A stretch of 64,000 bases of DNA from Eledone cirrhosa (lineage: Eukaryota): the NCBI GenBank assembly GCA_964016885.1, contig OZ024757.1:34472001-34536000 (forward strand). The letters are read 5' to 3'. Shown piece by piece: positions 1 to 12,840 of the stretch. The notes below the pieces were generated by a model. It had not been told where the DNA came from and searched no databases. It saw only the letters and a list, made by a program, of their open reading frames with translations. Each line of letters begins with the position of its first letter. Position 1 is the stretch's first letter. Made by a program: the position numbers and the translations under genes.

Positions 1-195
1 TATTATTGCTAAGTGGTGAGTCCTGTTGCTCTGGAGTTCCACCTGTGTATTCACAGTATCATCAGACAAGACACATCTTGTTTGATGATCCTGTGAGTAC
101 ACAGGTGTGACTCCATAGAACCAAGACTCATCATTTAGCCATAATAAAGAATATTTAAACTCTATTTCAGTATTGAGTACTCGTTCTCACATCCG
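1..195. mobile_element. Fold-back of two degenerate type-I hammerhead motifs (Penelope pLTR/retrozyme-like)
   Basis: 1-71 is an imperfect inverted copy of 76-146. Minus copy: cttgt-CTGATGA-ta-ctgtg aata cacag-gt-GGAAC-tccaga-GCA-acagg. Plus copy: cttgt-TTGATGA-tc-ctgtg agta cacag-gt-GTGAC. Downstream agtattgagtactc at 169-182. Confidence 0.65.
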
Positions 196-353
196 CCAAT
201 AACCATGATAGGTAGCCATGAAATAAGAGAATGACAGAGTGACTGAATGAGATATGGAGACAAGGAATGAAGGAACCTTGAAAGAAAGGAAGAGAGAAAG
301 AGTGAAGGAGAACTGGTGAAAGAAGCAATGTGAAGTAAAAGAGAAAATATAAG

Positions 354-538
354 ATAATTGTTTTTACTTTTGGCACAAGGCCAGCAATTACCCCAATGCA
401 TTACTGGTACTTTATTTTATCGACCCCGTAAGGATGAAAGGCAAAGTTAACCTCAGCGGGATTTGAACTCAGATCGTAAAGGGACGTAACTACGCTGGAA
501 AGCATGTCTGACCCTCCACCGATACTGCCAATCCACCG
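354..538 (-). mobile_element. tRNA-derived SINE, family A
   Basis: Minus strand has A box TGGCAGTATCGG, B box GAGTTCAAATCC and central GCCTTTCATCCTTACGGGGTCGATAAAATAAAGTACCAG. More than a dozen full or partial copies occur in the window. Confidence 0.9.
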
Positions 539-567
539 AGAAAATATAAGATAATGAGAGAGAAAGA

Positions 568-1010
568 TATATATATATGTGTATATATGTATGGATGTAT
601 CATCATCACCATTGTTTAATGTCCACTTTCCCTACATACTTGCATTCATATATATATATATATATATACACATACATAGACATATATACATGCATATATA
701 CATCCATGCACTCATACACACATATGTGCATCTCTCTCTCTCTCCCTCTCTCTCTCCCTCCCCCTCTCTCTCTCTCTCCCTCTCTCTCTCCCTCTCTCTC
801 TCTCCCTCCCTCTCTCTCTCTCAATATATATATATATTTCTGATGAGCATACTGGACGTTTCTGTTAAGATCATCTTGTTTCCTGAAACCTTTGGTAATG
901 GAATAATTATTTTGTGTTGTTTATTATATAATTAAATGGCTCTTTACTACACATAGAGCACTCTTCTTTCCTTTACCTTTTCTACGGAAATACATAACAT
1001 ATATATATAC

Positions 1011-1062
<52 letters not shown>

Positions 1063-1169
1063 ACACACACTCACACACATACATATACATATATACATGC
1101 ACATACATATACATGCATACTTACGCATACATATATACATCCATATGCTCATGCACACATATCTCTCTA

Positions 1170-1226
<57 letters not shown>

Positions 1227-1560
1227 ACACACACACACACATACATATACGTATATACATGTACATATATATACATACATGTACATCCATACAGTCACAC
1301 ACACACACGTGTATCTATCTATCTATCTATATCTCTCTCTCTCTCTCTATATATATATACATACTATATAGAGAGAGAGAGGGGGAAAAGGAATATATAT
1401 ATATACATACTATAGAGAGAGAGAGAGAGGGGGAAAAGGAATATATATATACATACTATAAAGAGAGAGAGAGAGGGGGAAAAGGAATATATATATATAT
1501 ACATACTATAGAGAGGGGGAGAAGGAGAGAGAGAGGGAGAAGGAGAGAGAGAGAGAGAGA
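568..1560. repeat. Compound (TA)n/(CA)n/(CT)n/(GA)n microsatellite block
   Basis: Directly visible dinucleotide tracts. Confidence 0.95.
836..902 (+). ncRNA. Degenerate type-I hammerhead ribozyme motif
   Basis: CTGATGA at 840-846, GAAAC at 885-889, stem III ACC-ttt-GGT, GTA site at 895-897. The 5' strand of stem I is replaced by (TA)n and stem II has decayed. Confidence 0.45.
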
Positions 1561-1747
1561 CATTTGTTGTTATAATAGTATAATAGCTCTTTTGACAGCA
1601 GACTGATATGATATACCAAGTAAAGTGGTGAAATGAGCTGGAAAATTGTACATATTTACTGAAATATTCCTTTACAGCTGTTAAAATAACAGAGAGAACA
1701 GACACAACATCAACAACAATATCAATGGTAGCCATAAGTTTGTCGTT

Positions 1748-2516
1748 GAATCTATAGTGGTGGAGACTTCTGGTGTGTTTGGTCTCTTGGTCTCCAAACT
1801 TATAGTGGTGGAGACTTCTGGTGTTCTTGGTCCCTGAATCTATAGTGGTGGAGACCTCTGGTATTCTTGGTCCCTGAATCTATAGTGGTGGAGACCTCTG
1901 GTATTCTTGGTCCCTGAATCTATAGTGGTGGAGACCTCTGGTATTCTTGGTCCCTGAATCTATAGTGGTGGAGACCTCTGGTGTTCTTGGTCCCTGAATC
2001 TATAGTGGTGGAGACTTCTGGTGTGTTTGGTCTCTTGGTCGAGACTTCTGGTGTGTTTGGTCTCTTGGTCTCCAAACATATAGCAGTAGAGACCTCTGGT
2101 GTTCTTGGTCCCTGAATCTATAGTGGTGGAGACCTCTGATGTTTTTTGTCCCTGAATCTATAGTGTTGGAGACTTCTGGTATTCTTGGTCCCTTGGTCCC
2201 CAAACTTATAGTGGTGGAGACTTCTGGTGTTTTTGGTTCCTTGGTCCCCAAACTTATAGTGGTGGAGACTTCTGGTGTTTTTGGTCCCTTGGTCTCCAAA
2301 CATATAGTGATTAGAGACTTCTGGTGTTTTTAGTCCCCAAACTTATAGCAGTGGAGACTTCTGGTGTTCTTAGTTCCCTTGCTCCCCAAACATATAGCAG
2401 TGGAGATTTCTGGTGTTTTTGGTCCCTGGACAGTTAGTGGTAGTGACTTCTGGTGTTCTTGGTCTCTTAGTCTGCAAACATATAGTGGTGGAGGCTTCTA
2501 GTGGTTTTTGGTCCCT
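1748..2516. repeat. Minisatellite, ~40-49 bp unit
   Basis: Unit tatagtggtggagacctctggtattcttggtccctgaatc, with longer variants. Confidence 0.95.
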
Positions 2517-3297
2517 ATACTACTTCCCTACTCACTGCTATTGAGGCAGCATTAGCCACCTGCTGGAGTGAGCCCCACAAGTAGGAATGGTTATTTTAAC
2601 ACACCTCCCTTCTTGTTTTCTGGAGGTAACACTTTCTCACTTCTGTTCACCACTGGGACCATGAGGCAGCTTATGCCTGGAGTTTTGCATGTCAGAGAGT
2701 ACTCCTCCACTATGTCTAGGGTTCTGCGTGTCAGAGAGTATTTCCCCACTATGTCTAGGGTTATATTATTGGGGTAGCGATGGGTGAGTTTTATTTCTCA
2801 TGTTTAAAAGAGAAAGGGGAGAGAAAATGAAAGAGAGAGAGAGAGACAGACAGACAGCGAGAGAGAAAAGAATTGACCCTAATACTGGGAGTGGAACTTT
2901 ATCAACATCAACCTTGAAAGGATGAAAGGCAAAGTTGACCTCAGTGAGATTTGGAACTCAGAACACATTGAGCTGAAACAAATACCAAGGCCTTATTTTT
3001 GTTTAATCTGATGCCCTAATGACTCTACTTTGTAAAATATTTATCTTGTCCAAAATCCAACGTCCCAGCAATCTCCACCACTTTACCAAATAAACATTTA
3101 GGTTTCAATCGCTTGACTTACAACCTATATCATATATAATGTAAAGTAAATACAACTTAAGTTATAAATAGCTTTTAATTGTTGGTGTACAGTTCAGTTT
3201 CATAGAGTTAATTCTTTCATAACTAAACTGCCTGAAACTGACCCTTTTTTATGATAGGAAGCTTTTTTATTTTAAAGGGTTTATTTTAAAGGGTTTA

Positions 3298-3725
3298 TCA
3301 TCATCATCATCAACGTTTTACGTCCGTTCTTCCACGCTAGCATTGGTGAAACGGGTTGTCCTGTTGTGGGCAGTGTCTAATCTGACCTTATCTTGCTCTG
3401 ATTCTGGCTTGATTTCTACAGCTGGATGTCCTTCCTAACACCAACCTCATTTACAGTGAATGCTGGGTGCTTTTTTGCCGTGGCACCTACACGTCCACTT
3501 TACAGTGTGGGCTGGGTGCTTTTTTATTGCCGTGGCACCTCCACGACCACTTTGCAGTGGAATGATAGAGACCCCAGTCCTATCATCTCATTTACAGCTG
3601 AGTAAACTGGAGCAATGTGAAATAAAGTGTCTTTCTCAAGGAAACAACACATTACCCGGTCTGAGAATTGAACTCACAACCTTTCGATTGCAAGCCTAAT
3701 GCTTTAACCACTAAGCCATGTGCCT
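3298..3725 (-). mobile_element. CORE-type tRNA SINE with RTE-derived 3' tail, family B
   Basis: Reverse complement of the copy at 6932-7336, ending in (GAT)n. Confidence 0.85.
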
Positions 3726-3739
3726 ATCTATATTTATGT

Positions 3740-4360
3740 AAAACCCTTCCATACTGAATTTGTGTAAGAATATTTATTAACTTATCTTCCAGACACCTCC
3801 TTAATGTTTTTGATTCCAAACCAACTGAAACTGACCGTTTTTTTATGATACAAGGCTTTTTATTTTAAAGGATTTATATTTATCTAAAAACCATTCATCC
3901 CAGATTTATGTAAGAATCTTTATGTTCTAAACATCATCTTAACCCTTTTCATACCAAATTACCTAAAACCTTCCCTGGTTCTATGATAGAAAGCTTTTTT
4001 TTTATTTTAGAGATGTTTATATTTATCTTAAAAACCTTTCATCCCAGTTTTATGTAACAATATTGGTTAAGTTATGTTCCAAACACCAGCTTAATAATTA
4101 GAAAGTTAGTGTTCATTACTCAATCCCTCAAAATTCTTGATTATTCAAAAAAATATTTGTATTTTTATTATAAATATAGCAACAAAAATGGTTTATCTAA
4201 AAACTTTCCATCAAAATTTCATGTAAGAACCTTTATTAAGTTATGTTCCAAACACCAGTTTTTTTAATGATAAAGTTAGTTACATTAGTGAATCCTTCCA
4301 AATTCTTCATTATTTTGAAAACTGTTTAAAAATCATAGGCTGTGTCTTTCATTAGAAATA
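3740..4360. mobile_element. Tandem degenerate copies of a TTAA-type (piggyBac-like) non-autonomous element, family P2
   Basis: Recurring taagttatgttccaaacaccagcttaataat and ttaacccttttcatacc. Related pieces at 9880-10450, 11380-11990, 21170-21290, 35650-35790 and 53879-54110. Confidence 0.6.
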
Positions 4361-4419
4361 AGGAGGTCGAGGGTGTCTTAGCATCACTCAGTAAGACATT
4401 TGTCAGCCATTCTCCAGCT

Positions 4420-4563
4420 ATCTATTTAAAGCTGTATATAGCTATGATGTATCAACACTTAGAATCTTGCTCAGAATATTGATCTCCTGGAAACTGTTCA
4501 GAGAGATGTACTTTATATGCACATTTGATGAGTTGTAGTGCATCTGAGCACTGTACACAATCA

Positions 4564-4600
<37 letters not shown>
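4420..4600 (+). mobile_element. CR1-type LINE 3' UTR fragment
   Basis: tgatgagttgtagtgcatctgagcactgtacacaat+(ATT)n matches the 3' UTR downstream of the CR1 ORF at 27954. Confidence 0.75.
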
Positions 4601-4879
4601 GAAGAAAGGGTAAAACAGATAGAGGGCATAACAATAGCATAACTGGGAGAAGAAGAGGATATCTGCTTCAGGGTGGCACAAACTCTAACTATGCCACTGG
4701 ATATCAGCTCACCTCATGTATAGGATGCCAATCAAATATAAGTGGTTGGTATTTATTTACAACTAGATTCATGAAACAAAGGGCAAGGAACCTGTGACCT
4801 TCAAAATCTGGATTTTGTATTAAATATAATAATATATTTTTGTTGATTATGCTATTATCACCATCATTGTCATCACACT

Positions 4880-5322
4880 GTGTGCATTTTATCATGGCCC
4901 CAGCACTACCACTTTACTGAGGGTACTAGGTGCATTTTATTGTGGCACCAACACTACCACTTTACAGAGGGTACTAGGTGCATTTTATTGTGGCACCAAC
5001 ACTACCACTTTACTGAGGGTACTAGGTGCATTTTATTGTGGCACCAACACTACCACTTTACAGAGGGTACTAGGTGCATTTTATTGTGGCACCAACACTA
5101 CCACTTTACAGAGGGTACTAGGTGCATTTTATTGCGGCACCAACACTACCACTTTACAGAGTGTACTGGGTGCATTTTATTGTGGCACCAGCACTACCAC
5201 TTTACAGAGGGTACCAGGTGCATTTTATTGTGACACCAGCACTACCACTGTACAGAGTGTACTAGGTGCATTTTATTGTGGTACAATCACTATCACTGTA
5301 CAGAGTGTACTGGGTGCATTTT
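4880..5322 (-). repeat. 48-bp minisatellite related to the RTE 3'-UTR unit
   Basis: About 9 units. The reverse complement (ctgtaaagtggtagtgttggtgccacaataaaatgcacctagt) resembles the RTE tail unit cacactgtaaagtgg...gtcacgacaaaaagcacccagtc. Confidence 0.85.
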
Positions 5323-5538
5323 AATTGTTTCTATATTTGGCACAAGGCCAGCAATTATTGGAGAGAGGGGAAAGTTGATTAAATTGACCCAGTGCGTGAC
5401 TGGTACTTTATTTTATCGACCCTTTAAGGATGCAAAGCAAAGTTAACCTTTGGCGGGGTTTGAACTCAGAACATAAAAGGCTGTTTGTTACAAAGCATGG
5501 TGTCTAACGCTCTACCGATTCTGCCAATCCACCACCCG
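5323..5538 (-). mobile_element. tRNA-derived SINE, family A
   Basis: Same A/B boxes and central domain as 354-538. Confidence 0.85.
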
Positions 5539-5835
5539 CGAACAATATAATATTTTCTTATGCTAGAATGAAAAAGTTAATTGAAAAAGTTTTATAAAAT
5601 ATTTATTCGAAAATTGAATTTGCAAATTTCCCATTTTACAAAACCACCCATCTTTACCCCTCACCACAGGAAGAAAATAATTGAAAAACCATTCAGATGT
5701 ATATATATATGAGTATGTGTATATACATTTGTGTGTGTATGTATATTATGTATATGTATGTGTATATATATATGTTAAGTATTTCCGTAGAAGAGGTAAA
5801 GGAAAAAAGAGTGTTCTATGTATTGTACAGAGTTA

Positions 5836-5867
<32 letters not shown>

Positions 5868-5873
<6 letters not shown>

Positions 5874-5944
5874 GTCCCCAAAATGTATACACACATTTAT
5901 TAGAATGCTGCTGAAGTGTGCATACATTTTTGGGGGACATTCTG
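5868..5944. mobile_element. Tc1/mariner-type MITE
   Basis: TIRs (t)agggtgtccccaaaatgtatacacac / gtgtgcatacatttttgggggacattctg, TA-flanked. A sister copy lies at 23632-23729. Confidence 0.75.
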
Positions 5945-6559
5945 TATATATATATGTGTGTATGTGCATATGTGCATATGTGTGTGTATGTATATGTATG
6001 TATATATGTATGTATGTATGTGTGTAGTGTCAGAAACATAAAAACTCTTTTCCTACTATATCAAGCGTTAAACTAATATATTTCTTCATTGTACTGTGTT
6101 GTTTCTGTTTACTTTGTTACACATACTCCACATACACACATATATATGAATGTGTATATAGATGCTGCTATGTTGAACAGATATACGCTATCCCACGACT
6201 ATCCTATGTTGTAAACAAATTGTTTTTGTGCAAATGTTCAGACACTTTTCATAGAGGGTTGGCACAAAAATTTGGCTAATCTCTCTCGTGATGGAATAGA
6301 ATCAAAACTCACTACCTAGACAGCTATCACACTACAGTCTTTCTAAATGAGCATGTAACGTCAATGTGAGACCTTGCTACTTCAAAGTGAAACCTTGCTG
6401 CTTCAGAGTAAGTCCTTACCACTTCGAAGTGAGACCTTGCCATTTCGAAAATAAGACCTTGCCTCTTTGAAGTAATATCGAAGCTGTGATCTCTCAATTT
6501 GGTGATTGTCAAGTCCAAGCTCAGACTGAATCCATATTCACACTGTGGCAAGTCTTTGA

Positions 6560-6878
6560 GAAATCATGAAATGAAGTGTTTTGCTCAAGAACACAACACA
6601 CAACCCAGTCCTGGAAACAAACCCACAACATTATGATTGTAAGTCCAACACCCTTGCCACTGGGCCATGCACCTCCTTCAGCAAGACACTTTATTACACT
6701 TTGCTCCAGTATACTCAGCTGAAAATGAGTACCAGCAGTAGCTGGGGGTTTAACCCTGCTATGGACTGGCATCCTGTTCAGGGTGAGGTCTTGTACTCTC
6801 AGTTGTTTCATGCCACGGAAACTGAGACAAATGCTAGCCTGATGAGCGTCAGGCCTTAGACAGACTTTAGACTTTTTC
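6560..6878. mobile_element. CORE-SINE pieces (minus-strand head, plus-strand body and tail)
   Basis: Minus strand tggcccagtggcaagggtgttggacttacaatc. Plus strand gcaagacacttt...ttgctccagtatactcagctg...cagactttagactttt. Confidence 0.7.
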
Positions 6879-6931
6879 ATGACATAACACACTGTCAGGA
6901 ATCTTGTTCATGATTTAGTTTATTGTATTAC

Positions 6932-7336
6932 AAGCACATGGCTTAGTGGTTAGAGCATTGGGCTTGCAATTGAAAGGTTGTGAGTTCAATTCTTGGACTG
7001 GGTGATGTGTTGTTTCCTTGAGCAAGACACTTTATTTCACATTGCTCCAGTTTACTCAGCTGTAGAAATGAGATGATAGGGACTGGGGTCCCTATCATTC
7101 CACTGCAAAGTGGTCATGGAGGTGCCACGGCAAAAAATCATCCAGCACTCACTGTAAATGAGGTTGGTGTTAGGAAGGGCATCCAGCTGTAGAAATCAAG
7201 CCAGAATCAGTTCCCGTATGAGCAAGACAAGGTCAGCTGACCGGACACTGCCCACAACAGGACAACCCGTCTAACCCATGCTAGCATGGAAGAATGGGCG
7301 TAAAACGGTGATGATGATGATGATGATGATGATGAT
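6932..7336 (+). mobile_element. CORE-type tRNA SINE with RTE-derived 3' tail, family B
   Basis: A box TGGCTTAGTGG, B box GAGTTCAATTC, CORE-like ccttgagcaagacacttt, then ttggtgttaggaagggcatccagctgtagaaa...aaacggtgatgatgat shared with the RTE 3' UTR. Confidence 0.9.
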
Positions 7337-7357
7337 TCTACACAATCTACAGCCTCA

Positions 7358-7645
7358 CTCTTCTTTTTCTTCTTTGCTCACTTATTCCTAAGAGGGTCGT
7401 TTGGGAAGAGTCCTGAAGGTCCTTTTCAGAAGCAACCATCTCCAATTGATCCAGTTGGATCCCCAAATGAGACCATCTGAGTTCATAGATGTTATCCAAC
7501 CATTTTATCATGGTCTACTCCTGGGTCTCCAGCTTGTTTGGTTTTGCATCTAAAATCTGTCCAGCAATTCTTTCCTGAGACATTCTAATCACATGCCTGT
7601 AATATTGGAGCTGTGATCTCTCAATTTGGAGATTGTCTAGCCCAA
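7358..7645 (-). mobile_element. RTE (Expander/Rex3-like) C-terminus and 3' end, degenerate
   Basis: Translates LQIERSQLQYYRHVIRMSQERIAGQIL...WLDNIYELRWSHLGI, followed by a (GAA)-rich tail. Related pieces at 24885-25120 (-) and 56725-56915 (+). Confidence 0.75.
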
Positions 7646-7649
7646 GCTA

Positions 7650-7890
7650 GTTGATGAACAGTATAGTTTTTGACTCGGAAATATAAGTCCTTGAGAAATT
7701 GTGGGAGTACTGCCAAGAGCTGTATTCTTGCTTTGTAGACTTCGATAAAGCATATGACCACGTTCTGCAGGACCTGCTGTGGAAAGTTCTGCAGGAATAT
7801 GGGATCAATGGCCAGCTTTTTGTTGCACTGATGTGTCTAAATGAATGCCAGAGTAATTGTGTTCGCATAAATTGTGCTAAGTTAAAGCCA
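7650..7890 (+). pseudogene. RTE reverse transcriptase fragment
   Basis: WEYCQELYSCFVDFDKAYDHVLQDLLWKVLQEYGI matches the FVDFxKAYD motif of non-LTR RT. Confidence 0.8.
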
Positions 7891-7959
7891 CATGCTCAAT
7901 TCACTAAATACATTTGACCAGAAATAAACATCTGACTGAGTGTGTGTTTTGGTATTGTG

Positions 7960-8495
7960 TTGATTCTGGCAATGAGTGTTTCAGTGGATTCAATCCACTG
8001 AATAGCTTGCTTGTGAAATTAACCTGCAAGTGGCCGAGCATTCTACAGATATGAGCAACTCTAACGTAATTCTCGGGGAGATTCAGCATGATATAGTATG
8101 TGACAAGGCTGACACTTTGAATTACAGGTACAGTCCATGTTGTATTATAGTGTAAGTGGCCGAGCATTCTTCCACCCTGTGCACTCATTCATATAATTCT
8201 CAGGGAGATTCAGCATGGTACAGTGTGTGTGACAAAGCTGACCCTTTGAATTACAGGTAAAGTCCATGTTGTATTATAGTGTAAGTGGCTGATCATTCCA
8301 CAGCCCTGTGTACCCCTTAATGTAATTCTCAGGGAGATTCAGTATGACACAGTGTGTGACAAAGCTGACCATTTGAATTACAGGTGCAGCTCATTTTTTA
8401 CCAGCTATGTAAAATGAAATAGAGTATCTTGTTCAAGGACACAACATGCCATGGGGAATCAAACTCACAACCTTACAATCATCATCTGAATTAGA
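7960..8495 (-). mobile_element. CORE-SINE with an internally tandem-amplified ~124-bp body unit
   Basis: Three copies of gtaattctcagggagattcagcatgacacagtgtgtgacaaggctgac..., with the SINE head at about 8400-8490. A longer array of the same unit lies at 31910-32720. Confidence 0.7.
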
Positions 8496-8689
8496 ATAGA
8501 TTAGAAGGTTGAAGTAAAGGAAAGAAAGCAATGGGAGGATAGAAATATTTCATATGTTGCAAAAAGAAAATTATAAGACTATCTCTTAAACAAGTTCCGA
8601 CTTAAAAGAATTCTCTATTCAGCCATGAGCTATAATTAGCAGCCTCAAGTGGAAGAGTGTTTGTCTAAATGGCTATAGGATATCTTCAC

Positions 8690-9260
8690 ACATATCTGAT
8701 AGCAAAGAGAGTTTGCCTAAATCAAGACATAGAAAACGTATCAAACAAAGGATTGAGGGATCCCTTGAGCGGTGTCAGAGACATGACAGCCTCCCTAGTG
8801 TTGGGGATCTACAACATAAATGGTCCCATTTTTATGCTGTAAAGTGGCTTGATGGTGTTAGGAAGAGCATCAAACTGTAGGGGGCTTGCCAAAAAACTTG
8901 TCAAACAAAGGATCAGAAGGACCCTTGTGTTGTGTCAAAGACATAACCACCTCCCTAGTGTTGGTGATCTACAAGATAAATGCACCCAGTGCATCTAGTG
9001 AACTGGTTGGTGACAGGAGGAGCATACAGCTGTAAAAGGCCTGCCAAATAAAGCATTTAGAGGCCCCTTCAGTTTTGTCAGAGACATGACAATACCCCCA
9101 CCCCCAGTGTTGGTGATCTACAAGATAAATGCATCCAATTTATGCTGTAAAGTTTTTGGTGTTAGGAAGTGCATCCAGCTGTTGGAAGCTTGCCAAACAA
9201 AGGGTTTAGAGGACCCTTTAGTTGTGTCAAAGACATGACAACCTCCCTAATGATGGTGTC
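8690..9260. repeat. Degenerate ~130-160 bp tandem repeat containing RTE-tail-like sequence
   Basis: Four copies of gtgtcagagacatgaca..ctccctagtgttggtgatctacaagataaatg...ggtgttaggaag. Confidence 0.7.
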
Positions 9261-10525
9261 ATTATAAAATGTACTCGGTAGAGTGCACAATCATACATAA
9301 ACGAGATGTACCTCCCACCCCTCACACACACAGCCCATCTGAGAGGTCAGTAACCTTACATGAGTACAAACTGAATCTGTAAAGACTCATCCAAAATTTG
9401 CTAGCAGTGAAAACAAATGTAAGAAGATGATGATGATGATAATGATGAATATGGGATATCATCCCACAAATATGATAGCAAAGAGATTTTGGGATATCAC
9501 CCAAATCTAGTAGCAAAGAGAATTTGTCTTAATGTCTATGGGATATCATTACACACGTATGATAGCAAAGAAAAATATAGAAAAGCAGACATCAGATTTG
9601 TAAGAGAAAGCTTGACTCATTATTTAGATCAGGGTTTCCTCGCCTCTTTTTTTTACTAAACGCCCACCTAAAACACTTATTACTTCTCGCCCATCTCCTG
9701 CCAAACATTTATCCTTGTGTAATAAAGGCAGGAGCTGTAATCAATCCTTCTGTTACCATATTTCTACTGAAAGACACGGCTTATAACTTTCAAATCATTT
9801 AAAAAATAACCAACAATTCTTTTACTGAACACTCACTTAAAATACTTGGGTACTTGCTGCCACTCACCAAAAACCCTGCCCCAAAACCTTCCATCATAAT
9901 TTTCTGTATGAACCTTTGTTAACTTATGTCTCAAACATCAGCTCATTAATGTGAGTTAATTATATTACTAAATCCCCTAAAATTCTCGATTAATTTTCAA
10001 AACTTTGAAAAACCTAGGCAATGTCGTTCATAATTTTATGTAAGAATCTTCATTAAGTTATGTTCCATACACCAGCTTACTAATGAGAAAGTTAATTACA
10101 TTACTACCCCCACCCCCCAAAAAAAAATTATTGATTACTTTTCAAAACTGTTTGAAAACCCTAGGTAAGGTCGATCATAATTTTCTGTAAGAACCTTTGT
10201 TAAGTTATGTCCAGTACACCAACTTAATGAGACAGTTAAATATATTACTAATTATATTACTAAATCTCTCCAAATTCTTGGTGATTTTTCAAAACTCTTT
10301 CAAAAACTTAGGCAGGATTTTATGTAAAAACCTTTGTTAAGTTATATCCTAAACAGAAGCTAAATAATGAGAAAGTTAGTTTTATTACTTAATCTCTCAA
10401 AATTATTTGAAAATCCTAGACAGTGTCTTTCATAAGAAATATGGTAAAGAAAAGTGAAGAGTAAAGACTACATTGACAAAAGCTAAGAAAGTATCAAGGC
10501 TGAAACAACAACAACAGCAACAACT

Positions 10526-10556
<31 letters not shown>

Positions 10557-11171
10557 CCATTCTCTACAATCTAGAAAATCTTAAGTAAAGACTCAATAAT
10601 ATTTGATAGAAGAAGGAATGATGATAATGATGATGATTAAGAAGAAGATGGTGAAGAAGAAACAAAGAAGAATAAAAAGAAAAAAAGAAGAAGGATAAGA
10701 AGATGAAGAAAAGGAAGAAGAATGAGAAAAAGAAGGAAAAGATGATGATGATGATGATGATGATGAAAATGAAGAAGAACGAGAAAAGGAAGGTGAAGAA
10801 GAAGAAAATGAAGACCATTAGATGTTGCCACAGTATAAGATGAAATTCTATTTGTGATAAGAAACAGTGTTACAGTTTACTGATAATGAAGAATTGTGAC
10901 TGAGATATTCTTTACCGTTATAAGCATCGTTGCAAACAGTAAACAATGCTATCAGTACCAATACTAATATAAATAATACTATCGTAACTACAATAACACT
11001 ATTACTAGCAATACTAAACTGCAATAATAATTAAAATTTTCCACACTATTAATTTCCTTTTTAGGGAGTTGTTTTTGTTTGTTAAATACTTTTGGATGTC
11101 ACTTTGGTCCAAACAAGCATTGGTACTTTTAAATAAATCCACACATTTTAAAGGGTTCACATTTAAATTAA

Positions 11172-11373
11172 CCCTTTAGCATTTACATGACTCTACATAT
11201 ACTATTGTATTTTTGTGGTAAAGGCTTTAACTCACATAAAATTGAATATATGAGATTTTGATATCATTTATTTTGAGAACAATACCATTGTGAGTGGATG
11301 GTTACAGCTGGTTTGAACAGAAAGAGGTGAGAGAGAATTCTGGCTGGATGTGGCCAATTTAAATGCTAAAGGG
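11172..11373. mobile_element. piggyBac-type MITE, family P1
   Basis: TTAA|CCCTTTAGCATTTA ... TAAATGCTAAAGGG|TTTA. Confidence 0.85.
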
Positions 11374-12029
11374 TTTAAATCTTCAAACATAATTTTAATA
11401 ACCCCTTCAACATTTTTCATTAACTCTTTTGATACAAGCCTGGCCTAAACCAGCTCTGGTTCTATTAAATAAAATCACCCATTTTAAAGGGTTCTTATTT
11501 AATTAAAATCCTCCAACATAATTTTATATAAGAACCACATGTTAAGTAACTATCTTAGTAATGAAATAATTTTGATAAACCCTTCAAAATTTTTCATTAT
11601 CCTTTTTGATACCAGCCTGGTCTAAACTAGTTCTGGTTCTATGAAACAAGCCCACCTATTTTAAAGGGTTCTTACCTAATTTAAATCTTTCAACATAATC
11701 TTATCTAAGAACCATATGTCAAGTATGATTTTAGTAATAATAATTTAATAACAAAATAATTGTTTCTACGTTAGGCACAAGGCCAGCAATCACCCAGTGT
11801 ATTACTGGTACTTTATTTTATCGACCCCGTAAGGATGAAAGGCAAAGTTAACCTCGGAAAAATAATTATTGATGAGTATATCTTAATAATGAAATAATGA
11901 ATAATTTTAGTAAAACCACCAAAATTCTTCATTAATTAATTAAAACAAAAGTGTATTTTATTAGAAATTTGTCCAAGAAAAGGTTAACACTGTTTTGTTT
12001 AAATCAAGTTTAAGTGCCCTCTTCTTATA

Positions 12030-12260
12030 CATATTTATTTTTTATTTCGTTCTCTGCTTTAACAAATCTGTCAGTTTCATTCTGTGCTTTAATGAGTCCA
12101 ACAATTTTATTCTATACTTTAACAAGCCCAACAATTTTATTCTATACTTTAACAAGCCCAACAATTTCCCTTTATACTTTAACAAACCTATCAATTTCAT
12201 TCTATGCTTTAATGGGCATGTCAATTTTATTTTATGCTTTAATGATGCTGTCAATTCCTC
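12030..12260. repeat. 30-bp minisatellite
   Basis: Unit tttaacaagcccaacaattttattctatac. Confidence 0.85.
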
Positions 12261-12264
12261 ATTT

Positions 12265-12840
12265 GTTGTGTGTAGCTCTCTACTCTTCTGTAACCTGTCA
12301 AATCTTCACCAGATGTAGCTATCTACCCTTCTGTAACCTGTCAAATCTTCACCAGATGTGTGTAACTATCTGCCCTTCTGAAACCTGTCAAACTTCCACC
12401 AGATGTGTATAGCTATGTATCCTTCTGTCATCTGTCAAATCTCCACCAGATGTGTGTAGCTATGTACCCCTCTGTAACCTGTGAAATCTCCACCAGATCT
12501 AACTATCTGCTCTTCTGTAACTTGTCAAATCTCCACCAGATGTAACTATTTGTCCTTTTGTAACATGTCAGATTTCCACCAGGTGTGACTATCTGCCCTT
12601 CTGTAATCTGTCAAATCTCCACCAGATGGTGTGACTATCTGCCCTTCTGTAATCTGTCAAATCTCCACCAGATGGTGTGACTATCTGCCCTTCTGTAATC
12701 TGTCAAATCTCCACCAGATGGTGTGACTATCTGCCCTTCTGTAATCTGTCAAATCTCCACCAGATGGTGTGACTATCTGCCCTTCTGTAAGCTGTCAAAT
12801 CTCCACCCTTCTTCACGTAGTTATCTGCCCTTCAGTAACC
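12265..12840. repeat. ~43-48 bp minisatellite
   Basis: Unit gtgactatctgcccttctgtaatctgtcaaatctccaccagatggt. Confidence 0.9.
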
